Shown: in pieces, positions 1-10,261 of the stretch
How the letters are laid out: each line of letters opens with the position of its first letter
Position numbering within the stretch: position 1 is the first letter of the stretch
NCBI GenBank assembly: GCA_001599295.1
Contig: BCGN01000004.1
Span: forward strand, 1,799,676 to 1,863,675
DNA from: Sporopachydermia quercuum
Taxonomy: Eukaryota
Direction: 5' to 3'
Length of the DNA stretch: 64,000 nucleotides
The notes under the pieces: model-generated
What the model saw: only the letters and a program-made list of their open reading frames with translations
What the model was told of the DNA's origin: nothing
Database searches by the model: none
Position numbers and translations under genes: made by a program

Positions 1-440
1 AGTCCATTTGATACAGGCTATATGATATTGTCAAATGCATCATACTTCAATGCATATGCATTAAGGAATCAGTTGAAACTCAATCAAAATTAACACATCT
101 CATTTACCTACAGCTGGATGTAAATAACCTTCAAACTGATAACCGCCTATTTATCGAACTAATCCACAATTCAATCACTCCAAAAATCCAACCAAAACGC
201 CTCCCAAATACCTCCCACGTTCCTCCCTTTGTCACATCACGTCTCTTCGTGTTTACATACATTTATTTCTATTCTATTCACTTATCATGATAACTATATC
301 TATCATTATCAATTCTTCCTTTTTATTTTCTTATTTTTATTTTTTAATAATCTACTGAAAACACCACATATATGTATATCTACAACCAGATTGAATCTTT
401 CCTACCATTTCTTAATTCCCAGAAATACAAAACATTTAGA

Positions 441-1998
441 ATGTCGAACCTTGTCGATTTCCCAAAGTACGGAGAAGTCAAAGGTGGAGTCAAAGGAGAA
501 CCATCACCAGGGAAATCATCTTTATTAAACAAAACAAGTAAACCCTCAAGTAAACTATCAGATGCTCAATTGAGATATCTGCCATTTGGGAAAATAGTCC
601 AGGCGCATAAAATGCCTGTAACCTGTGTGAAATTCTCCCCTGATGGTAAATTGATAGCAACGTGTTGTAAGTATAATTTTACTGGTAGTCACTGTGACCC
701 ATGATTTTCTACATATTCCAATTATTTACTAACATTTTCCAGCTGCTGACAGATTAATAAAACTGTGGGATGGCAAAACGTTCCAGTTTCACTGCGAACT
801 AGAAGGACATCAATCAGGCATCTCTGATTTATGCTGGTCCCCGGATTCAAAGTACATTGCATCAGCATCTGATGACACTACTATTCGAGTTTGGTCTGTC
901 GAAAACTTTAGACAATTACGTGTTCTGAGAGGTCACACCTATCATGTTCTGTGTGTGGAATTCAATTATCGGGGTAACATTCTTGTTTCAGGTTCTGCTG
1001 ACGAATCTATTCGTATCTGGGATGTGTTCCGGGGTGAATGTCTCAAGACACTTTCTGCTCATTCTGATCCTATAAGTACTGTTGATATCTGCTGGGATGG
1101 CACTTTGATTGCATCAGGGTCTTATGATGGATTGATCCGTTTATTTGATACCGATACTGGCCAATGTTTGAAAACTCTGATATGCAATTCTCAAACCGTA
1201 CCCAATATTGGTTCAGTGCCAGTGTCTTATTTGAAATTTTCACCTAATGGCAAATACATCCTAGCATCTACACTTGATAGTTCTATCAAACTATGGGATT
1301 ATATGCAGAACAAGGTAATCAAAACCTATGAAGGATTAAATATAGTGACAGAGTTTCCTTTGAGCCCAGAAGAAAGGAAACGTGAAACAGAGCTGATGAA
1401 ACGCGAATCTGAAATGCTAGCAAGGGAATCAGAACAAGAATTACAACGGGTGAACAAAAGGAAAGAGCTTGAAGAGTCTTTGTTCCGAGCAGCACAACAT
1501 CAATTCAAGTATGTAAAAGAAGGTGCTGTTTCTACCAATTATGACTGGAATGCTCTCCCTGCTGACCCTACTAGTTTCGATAGTACAAACATCACTAATG
1601 AAATGTCAGAAGATAGTATAGGTAGTAGGAAGTATAAAAGAAAGAGGAAAGATGTGAAGAGGAGGGAATTCATGTCAGAAGAGGAAACTCAAGAAGACCA
1701 TGATCATCAAAAAGACGAGATTGGAAGTAAGGATTCAAAGTCTGATAAACTTCCGGCATTTCAACTAGGTAAGCTCTCGTGTGGAACCAAATTTCTAATA
1801 AAAGCAACTGAACCTGCCATTGTTTCTGGGTCAGAGATAGGCATTGTGTATATATGGAATGTTCAGACGAAGAAGCTGGTGTCGTTACTAAGAGGATTTG
1901 AAGGTCCTGTATATAACATAGATTCCAATAGTGATGAGAGCTTTCTAGTTGCATGTGGAGATGATGGAGATATCAGGATATGGAAGAAGGATTTATAG
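441..1998 (+). CDS. SWD3: WD40-repeat protein, WDR5/Swd3 (COMPASS subunit)-like; exons 441-666 and 743-1998, 493 aa
   Basis: Splicing joins VKFSPDGKLIATCS|ADRLIKLWD in frame. WDR5-like repeats include SGSADESIRIWD, SGSYDGLIRLFD and KFSPNGKYILASTLDSSIKLWDY. Confidence 0.85.
667..742 (+). other. spliceosomal intron (76 nt) of the SWD3-like gene
   Basis: GTAAGT donor, TACTAAC at 727-733, CAG acceptor; removal restores the WD40 frame. Confidence 0.92.
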
Positions 1999-2734
1999 AA
2001 TATATAAAGAAGGATATGGATAAGAGTATGTTAGTATTTTTGTGTGGTTTGAGGAGTATTTTTGTGTTGTAATGCTGAAATTGTTTATGGTATTACATAT
2101 GTTATGAGTGTTGCCAGGAAGATAGATATCAATGATGGATTCTTAAATATTAAAGTGCTTATACAGCTGACATTGGCTCTGATTCTTGATAACTTATGAT
2201 CCGAGCGTAATATTATAACTGCAACTATGGTTGTTTTCAGTAAGAAGTATGAGACTGCTTATTTGCCAGTAACGGATTACATTATGGATAACAGAATGAA
2301 CAAATGAAAGAGAGAAAGAAAGAGAGGATGAGAATGAAACAATAAGTAATGTGAGTTGAAATCATCATGAAGATATTCAGGGCTATGGAATTATCTTCTT
2401 TCAACTCTCTTTTATAATCAATCAATGTATTGACGTTTAGTCTCTTTACGGTTGCCGTAACTCTTGGTTGGAGATTAGGATACAATAATCAGCTTCAATC
2501 GCAAGATACTATTAACCAGTACCACTACTAATTATAGCAATAGCCTAACCTTTAAAAATATATATATTTGTACTATGTAAAGATAATTAAACATGAATTC
2601 ATATATATATGTATGTAAATTAATGTGTATGTAAATTGAATAATATTTATCAAGGGAATATCAAGGACAAGTTTCACATCAAGCAGGTGCTTCAATAATA
2701 CGAGTTAATAGTTATAAATTCAGATCTAATACAT

Positions 2735-4801
2735 TTAATCAACTTCAGGATCTTCCATTGTAGCATCTTCAGTCTTAGAATCGGCTTTAGACTTCTTATC
2801 TCTTTCAGCTCTTTCAGCAGCCATCTTTTCTGCCAACTTGGCAGCGGCTTCTTGCTCTCTTTTGGCTAAAATTGCCTGTCGTTTCTCTTCTTCCTTGGCT
2901 AAATATCTTCCTTTGATCAAATTACCTAATGATGCCAACTCTTCATACTTAGCAACATATTGAGCTTTCTTCGCATCATATCCATCTTCGTATAACCATT
3001 CTTCAGTATCCATAAGCTTCTTCTTCAATTTTTCCTTTTCTTCCTCAGATGCAAATTGTGCATATTCTTCATCAATCTTGCCTCTCAATTCATAAATGTA
3101 TTCTTCCAAAGCATTCTTACGGTTTTCAGTCTCAGCAACTAATTTATCTTCCATTACCATAGCATTTTCTGCCTCAATGTAGTCATTCTTCTTATCGGTA
3201 GGTAAAGCAAGTGAAGTATGAGTGATAGATAAATCGTCCTTCTTGACCAATTTCTTGACCTTCTTGTACGTAACGTCATCACTACCTTCTGTTTTCACTT
3301 CTTCTTCCACTTCCTTTTCTTCTACAGTGAAAGCCTGTTCAATGGTGTACAATCCGCTTTCATTATGACGGATTTTGATTCTCACGGTGACAGAGTCTTC
3401 ANCTTCAGGGACCTTGACTCCAGTAAAAGACCATTTACCAATGAAATCGTTTTGAACGTTTTCTTGACCTGGGGTATATTTAGCAGTGATGTCAAAGTCC
3501 TTAGTACGATATAAAGTGATCATCATAGTTTTTGGATAAGCGCTGCCAGCAGGGAAAACTTCCAAATGATCAGTATCTTCTGCGTCCTTGTCCCAGTAGA
3601 AAGTGACTGAAAGAGGGTTGACGTCTTCGAACTTGATCTTTCGCACGTGGAAAACGGGTGAATGTGTAGCACAGATCAAAGTAGCACCTCTGGCAACAGC
3701 CTCGTCTTGGTTCAACGTGAAGGACAAATTTCTGCCAAAGAACTCTGTGAGACGCTTCTTGACGGAAGGTACTCTGGTACAACCACCAATAAGTTCAACA
3801 GCGTCCAAATCAGCAACAGTCAAATTTGCTTGTTTCAAAGCACGTTCGAAAGGAGCAACAGTTCTTTCCAACAAAGGAGCAGCTAATTCTTCTAATTGAT
3901 CTCTGGTCATAGAAGAAGACACATCAATATCATTCATGAGAGATTCAACACTGAAAGGAGCTGAAGAGTTGGCAGATAATATCTTCTTTAGCTTTTCAGC
4001 TTGTGCCACAACTCTGTTGTATGCTTTAGGATTCGTTCTGATATCAATCTTGTATTTGGTTTTGAATTCATCAGCGAAGTATTCAGCAATCAAGTAATCA
4101 AAATCTCTTCCACCGAAGTGCTTGTCATAAGAACTGCCGATAATTCTGCATTCATCTTTTCTTAAAGCAGCAATCGAAATTTCATAAGAAGAATGGCCAA
4201 TATCTAGGAAAGCAACATATTTAGGCTTGTCTTCAGGTAAATCAGTCTTGAAAAAAGTGTATCCAAAAGCAGCAGCGGAAACTTCATTGACAATTCTAAC
4301 AGGGTTCAATTGAGCAATATGAGCGGCATCGACAATAGCTTGTCTTTGATGATCATTATACCAAGAAGGGACAGCAATAACAATATCAGAAATCTTACCT
4401 TTCACTTCCTTGGCAGTAATGTCCTTGATTTTATTAAGATACATGGCTGCCAATTGAGTTGCTGTGAAGACTTTCTTTGATCCCAAATACTTCACTTGAG
4501 TGGCAACGGCTCCTTCAACATCTAACAATTCAGTCGTGATGTATTTCTTTTCAGTGGTCATTTCAGGATCATCAAATGACTGACCGACAATTCTCTTCAA
4601 ATTGGAGATGGTGTTTTTCAAATTGGATGTTTCTTGATTTTTTGCTGCCTCACCAATAAATCTGTTCTTAATACCAAATCCTACTAATGATGGGGTTGAT
4701 CGATTGGAAACTTCGTTGACAATAACGTCAATTCCTCGGTTTCTAGCAACTGCTATAACCGAGTTCAAGTTACCAAAATCAAGTCCAAAAGGAACACTCA
4801 T
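2735..4801 (-). CDS. SSE1: Hsp110-family chaperone / Hsp70 nucleotide exchange factor
   Basis: N-terminus [62 protein letters not shown]-terminal EVD. Confidence 0.95.
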   Translation of the reverse strand: MSVPFGLDFGNLNSVIAVARNRGIDVIVNEVSNRSTPSLVGFGIKNRFIGEAAKNQETSNLKNTISNLKRIVGQSFDDPEMTTEKKYITTELLDVEGAVATQVKYLGSKKVFTATQLAAMYLNKIKDITAKEVKGKISDIVIAVPSWYNDHQRQAIVDAAHIAQLNPVRIVNEVSAAAFGYTFFKTDLPEDKPKYVAFLDIGHSSYEISIAALRKDECRIIGSSYDKHFGGRDFDYLIAEYFADEFKTKYKIDIRTNPKAYNRVVAQAEKLKKILSANSSAPFSVESLMNDIDVSSSMTRDQLEELAAPLLERTVAPFERALKQANLTVADLDAVELIGGCTRVPSVKKRLTEFFGRNLSFTLNQDEAVARGATLICATHSPVFHVRKIKFEDVNPLSVTFYWDKDAEDTDHLEVFPAGSAYPKTMMITLYRTKDFDITAKYTPGQENVQNDFIGKWSFTGVKVPEXEDSVTVRIKIRHNESGLYTIEQAFTVEEKEVEEEVKTEGSDDVTYKKVKKLVKKDDLSITHTSLALPTDKKNDYIEAENAMVMEDKLVAETENRKNALEEYIYELRGKIDEEYAQFASEEEKEKLKKKLMDTEEWLYEDGYDAKKAQYVAKYEELASLGNLIKGRYLAKEEEKRQAILAKREQEAAAKLAEKMAAERAERDKKSKADSKTEDATMEDPEVD

Positions 4802-5297
4802 TTTGTTTATTCTCTTGTCTAATTTCTATTATTTCTTCTATCAATTTATACTGATTTTCCAAGTAAAACTGATTTCTATTCACACCTTTTATATTGTACA
4901 CGTTACCTTACCTTGTTAAGTCACTAGTACTACTATTTGATGATGCGTTATGTATATATAAGATAGTGAAAGACTGTATCAACGAGATATAAATATGTAG
5001 ATAGATATAATTACCGTACAATATATAATTCCTGTTAAATCTTTAGTTCTTTTCCTTTTCTTCTTTTCTTTTTTCTTTCTTTACATATATATCTGACCAT
5101 CAACATTACCGGATCTTATGGAAGGAAGACTTTAAGGCTTTGGGCTGTAGTGGATGTTTTATAAGTGGAAAATAAATTTTTTCTTTGTGGCACGGGAACT
5201 TTAAAAGATTTAACTTCGCGTCTCGCTTGGCTGGGAAAATTGAGTTCAGCACCGAAAGAGGAATGGCTTACCTGGTTTAGATCTTCTGGTATACTGT

Positions 5298-5316
5298 AGA
5301 ATGTTCCAGATGTTTC
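5298..5316. promoter_or_regulatory. heat shock element-like array upstream of SSE1
   Basis: AGAATGTTCCAGATGTTTC = GAA-nn-TTC-nn-GAt-nn-TTC, ~500 bp upstream of the Hsp110 start. Confidence 0.6.
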
Positions 5317-5796
5317 GCATCCCAAAGGGGTAGGTGAAGTCCACGTGAGTGTATAAGAGTGTAAAACTAGAATGACGGAAGTGGATGTATGAATGGTTTG
5401 GAGTATTGGGATGATTATGGTTATTATGATTGGTATTGCTGCTATTGTTATTATAGAGATCTATGTTCGAGATATGATCGAACAGTTGATATTATAGTGG
5501 TTGGCTAGCCGGTTGGATTTTAACCAAGCCTAGAGTACATATCAATAATATAGTTAATATAGTAATATGTATCGTATTATGTGTAGGTTATTGAATGACT
5601 GCGCTATCAAGTAAGCTCATGTATAGCATGATTCATTGATTCAACATGAGTGATGATCATATATGACCAGTGCGCTCAATAATTCACATTCCTCTGATTA
5701 ATATTCTTGCAGAGTATAATCCAATGAATGCAGTACCACCAACCTTCATCATATGTCGTAGTAGATGACGAACAATTAATATACATACATACTTGA

Positions 5797-8520
5797 TTAT
5801 CGTGACCTAACAGGATAAATTGATCCATAACCTTTGCTCATTCTATCAAAATCGTCTACTACTCCTAATGCTTCTTCAATGGAGTTATAAAACCCTTCAC
5901 CAAGACTAGTACTTATGATCCTATTTTCACCCTCAATGTTACTCTGCTGTACTAGATCAACTAGCCCACTAGAAATAAACAATTCTCTAATATGCGGCTC
6001 AACAGGAACTCGCGTAAACAGAACAACCAGATTTCTTTCTCTATACTCTTTCACAATATCACATAATATTTGTATTCCACTGGTATCTATTTCTGTCATG
6101 CCTTTAAGATCAATAATAACAAACCGCATCATGTCAGAGTCTCTGATTCTAGGATGTGATGGATGCACATTCATTGAACCGTACATCTCTAGTCTTCTCA
6201 ATCTAGACTGCAAATCGTTTGAATTAGAGAATATCAATGGTTCAGGGATTTTGACAATCAAGCAACCTTCAATTTCTTCTATTTCTGCTAGTGATGATTT
6301 GAACATAGGCGATCTTGAATTGTTAGACCTGATATCAAAATCAGTACTGCGTTCTTCGTCTACAATGGCCACTTCGTGATCAGGGGCATTACTACTGCTA
6401 CCTGCGCGGCCATGGGTTTTCTCAAGTCCGTCCTGTAGATCCTCTTGCTCTTCTTCTATTCTTTCTACTATCTCATCGGCATTAACAAACTGGTTAGTAC
6501 CAGGAATTCTGCCAATGATTTGAATGCGTGACCGAGAAGAATACTGGATCATTCTAATGATTGCAATGCCAACGCCTACTGCGATTCCAGCTACAACACT
6601 CCAAAACACGGTGACAATTAAACTAAGAACAAACACGATTATCTCGTCATAACCTTTAACTTGCCAGTAGAACTTCAAATCGTGTGGTGCTTCTTCAAAC
6701 AAGCTGAGACCTACAACCGTTACTATGACTGCCAGTATACAAGTGGGCAGATAGTAGAAATAAGGCATGAGATACATGATAGCAACAAATGTAACGCCGC
6801 TCATTATGAATGACGATATTTGGGTCTTCGCCCCGCACAACTTGTTGATTTTCGATCGGCCAAATGCTCCAAATGAAGGCAATGCTCCCATGCAACCTCC
6901 TACAAAATTGCATACGCCTAATGCAACCAGTTCTCTGTTGGTGGAAACATTAGTTTTATTCATCATCGACAAAGGCTTAGATGCGGTAGTGCTTTCAAAG
7001 AAGCCTAGAATTGCAACTAGTATAGATGTTGAGAAATACTGTTTGAAAACAGGAAATGCTGCTTTGCTTAAAGGGAACACAGCGCTCGCCTCATGTGACG
7101 TTATTTTACCAACAATTGACACACCTTTGCTTTGCCAATCGTAAATACTGCTGAGAACAATTGACACAACAACTGTCAAGATAATTTCTGGGAAAACAAC
7201 AATGTTAGGCCATTTCTTGCTCAAAACTACTTTCAGTTTTTTTAACCCAAAGAGAAATAAAAACGACACAAGCGAGATTATAGATGTAGTTGGGTTCCTT
7301 TGAGGATAGTATTCGTAAAGAAATTTTACCGCGTCAACAATTGTTAGGTTAGGTACTGTGGCATAGAGTGCTTCGAGACCTAATTCAGGTATCAGTTCAG
7401 TTATAAACATAATTACACCTAAGGCACATACAAATCCTCTTAACAGCCCCCTAGAGATTAATGTATCAATGAAACCATAACGAAATAGGCCAGCTAGGAA
7501 CAATAAAAGTCCTGCTGTGGACGTGATGATGCCTGCTACTTGAATAGGTTCGAATATTTGATCCGGGTTTTTCATTTCTTGGACAGAAATTTGACCCAGA
7601 ATCAAAGAAATCGCTACTTCAGGACCTACTATCATTTGGGGAACTGAGCCAAAGATAGCATAGCAAATAGGTGGGAATACCATTCCGTATAAACCTGCTA
7701 CTGCGGGCAGTTTAGCTAAGGATGTAGCATAAGACATGCATAGAGGCACTTGAAATGAAGCCATTGATACTCCGGCAATGATATCTCCATAGAGGTTAGC
7801 TCTATCGTATTTGGGAAGCCAATAGATGATAGGCAGATAATAAGAAGCATACCTTTTGATGGAGCGAGGTTTTATGCGATCAGGCTTTATATATTGAGGT
7901 GTGGCCATAGACATTTGAGAGCTGGATTGTATTTTCTTCAAATTATTGTGCGTATTGGTATTATTGTTGATATTAGAGTTGCCATGGCCAAACAACATGG
8001 ATTTCAATGATGTTGTAGATGATGCTATAGATGTGGGTAATGCTGATGATCCATAATGCGCGTTGATATTGTTAGGTCTGCTAGCAAAGGTTGATGACTG
8101 GCTTCTTCTGGAGACAGAATTGCGAGCGCCTTGCAAATGTGTGTTGAGACTGTTACTAGAAGGTCCAGTGGGGAGATCTCCAAAGACCTCAGCGCCACGA
8201 CTAGGAAAACTGGGAGTTGTGGAATAGGAATTATCATTGAAACCATAAACGGATGGTCCTGAAGGGTTTCCTGTGACAGGAATTGTTCTATAAGGTGAAA
8301 TGGTACGTCTGTAAGGACTGCTAGCAAATATCTCCTGCGCGGATCTATTGTTATTATTGACTCTGCCTCGAGATTCAATATCCTGTTGGGAACCTGCAGC
8401 AATAGGAGCACTGGCTGTGCTTGACGCACTAGTCAAACCAGTGCTGTTACTGTTTGGTTCATTGTCTTCATGATCCAGCAAAAATGTTGTTGGATGATTC
8501 CTCTTTCCTGACGAAGACAT
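5797..8520 (-). CDS. SulP/SLC26 anion (sulfate) transporter with STAS domain, YPR003C-like
   Basis: GDIIAGVSMASFQVPLCMSYATSLA, GSVPQMIVGPE and NRELVALG motifs, many TM segments, C-terminal STAS-like VIIDLKGMTEIDTSGIQIL. Confidence 0.9.
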   Translation of the reverse strand: MSSSGKRNHPTTFLLDHEDNEPNSNSTGLTSASSTASAPIAAGSQQDIESRGRVNNNNRSAQEIFASSPYRRTISPYRTIPVTGNPSGPSVYGFNDNSYSTTPSFPSRGAEVFGDLPTGPSSNSLNTHLQGARNSVSRRSQSSTFASRPNNINAHYGSSALPTSIASSTTSLKSMLFGHGNSNINNNTNTHNNLKKIQSSSQMSMATPQYIKPDRIKPRSIKRYASYYLPIIYWLPKYDRANLYGDIIAGVSMASFQVPLCMSYATSLAKLPAVAGLYGMVFPPICYAIFGSVPQMIVGPEVAISLILGQISVQEMKNPDQIFEPIQVAGIITSTAGLLLFLAGLFRYGFIDTLISRGLLRGFVCALGVIMFITELIPELGLEALYATVPNLTIVDAVKFLYEYYPQRNPTTSIISLVSFLFLFGLKKLKVVLSKKWPNIVVFPEIILTVVVSIVLSSIYDWQSKGVSIVGKITSHEASAVFPLSKAAFPVFKQYFSTSILVAILGFFESTTASKPLSMMNKTNVSTNRELVALGVCNFVGGCMGALPSFGAFGRSKINKLCGAKTQISSFIMSGVTFVAIMYLMPYFYYLPTCILAVIVTVVGLSLFEEAPHDLKFYWQVKGYDEIIVFVLSLIVTVFWSVVAGIAVGVGIAIIRMIQYSSRSRIQIIGRIPGTNQFVNADEIVERIEEEQEDLQDGLEKTHGRAGSSSNAPDHEVAIVDEERSTDFDIRSNNSRSPMFKSSLAEIEEIEGCLIVKIPEPLIFSNSNDLQSRLRRLEMYGSMNVHPSHPRIRDSDMMRFVIIDLKGMTEIDTSGIQILCDIVKEYRERNLVVLFTRVPVEPHIRELFISSGLVDLVQQSNIEGENRIISTSLGEGFYNSIEEALGVVDDFDRMSKGYGSIYPVRSR

Positions 8521-9857
8521 TTGATATTGAATGAGATTTTACTGATGATTATGAGTCCGAGTATCGTGCTCAATGCCAATTAAGAGGTAGCGTACGTGTT
8601 AGGTTATTGTTGAGTTATTAGTACTTGTCATTGGAGTAAGGCTGTCATGCATTTGGTTGTCATAATAACAACTTCTCCATAACGTGTTTATTACCTCTTT
8701 TGCTTGATTTCTTCTCGTTGACAAAGGTGGTATTCAATAAAATTGATCTGTGCAGCTCCTATTGTTATCATCTATCATAGAAAATTGTCTTTCGATCAAC
8801 TTCTAACTATCAGATCTCTTTTCTTTCTTCCTGATTGTATGCTTCCTGTATGTCTTTTTTTTCCTTCACGCCAAATCCTTTCTTGGCTAACTGTTTTAAC
8901 CTTTTGCCTTTAGTATACCTTTTTTATCTTCTTACTTTTGCCTTCTGGCTTTCCTTTTACCTCTGGCTCTAATCTTTCAGCTCTTATTCTTCTGGGGTTT
9001 TTTTTTTTTTAGCTTTTATCTTATACTGCGCTTTGCTTGTTTCAAAAACAATAATAATAATATTTTGAGTCCTTTGATTGGATCAAAACTTCTTACAGAG
9101 GTTTAATGTCTAGTGGTAGTAAACTATTGATCTGAGATGATCAATCAGTCCCCTGTAATTATAGGTACATTCAAATACCTAGTAGACCCAGTCTATTCTG
9201 CTGATAGCTCTCTTGATAGATGGATTGTTCACAACACAATGAATATAATGATAAGAAACAATTTTGTGTTTCAAGCAGCAATGGATTATCATTTCGTTTG
9301 TTGATCCAGCATGGCTTTAGATTTGTTTTATGTACAAATGGGTGATGAAAAATTTAAAAATAAGGTTAAAGTTTGGCGTAAGATGCATGGCTTATATTTT
9401 AAAGTTCCGATTCTTCTTTGGAACCCGTGCGGTTACGGAAGACCCCGAAAAAAGAGTCCAGACTCCGGTGGGAAATGAGGAGAAGAAGTTGGTAAGAGAA
9501 TGGTTATGTTAGGTGAAGAGATATGTACGGGATAACGATAGAAGAGGGATTGGATATATATATGTTCATGAAAGAAAAACTTGGTTGGCAATGATGCTAC
9601 AGTTTGGGAAAATTTACCATCATTGGACCAGCTTTTCGATAGTGAATAGAGAATGAGATAATGTGCATACTTCATTAGCATATACAAGAACAACATCAGT
9701 GTACTATTAAGGTGAAAAATATCGATATGAAGAAACTGATTTTGCTCTAGAGCACTGAAAGGCATCATTTTCAAACGCAAAGTCAAGATGGTATCTATAA
9801 AACTTCAAAATAGCTTGAATTTCCATCACTGCCAACGGCTTATTAGTACTGATACTA

Positions 9858-9867
9858 ATCACGTGAC
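9858..9867. promoter_or_regulatory. bHLH E-box (RTCACGTG; Cbf1/Pho4/SREBP type) in the SulP-helicase divergent promoter
   Basis: ATCACGTGAC, an exact RTCACGTG; a similar TCACGTGA lies at 23670-23677 upstream of AlkB. Confidence 0.4.
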
Positions 9868-10261
9868 TTCAAGGATGCATTTGGGAGGTTCATTATGGCG
9901 TATACGAGAAAAATAGAAATATCAAAATCAAAACATGATCAATGTGTTTTGATCCATAGCATTAAAAAGGCAGAATTAATATCGTAATTGCGCAAGAAAG
10001 CTAACGATCAATTGTATCATCCTCTTCTTCCACTGGAAAGGAGCTCAAATCCAATCTTTCAGAACAAGGGTTCAGTCACGTCTTTTAAAGACGTTCAAAA
10101 CCATTCATCATACACTTCGCGGCTCAGCAGTTCAGGACACACTAAAATGATTATATCACCATAGCTCCTCTGGCATACAATGCAATTCAATTTTATTACT
10201 CCTCTGTAGTCAGTCATAATAATATAAAGGCTGAAAGCTCAGTTTCAGGTTTTCCTTTATC

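Noticed and set aside
4802..4915. 5'-UTR intron of SSE1 (GTAAGG on the minus strand)
   Set aside because: No branch-point motif before the ATG.
5588..5697. Imperfect hairpin or C/D snoRNA-like GTGATGA...CTGA
   Set aside because: Short interrupted stems, a short C-D span and no recognisable rRNA guide.
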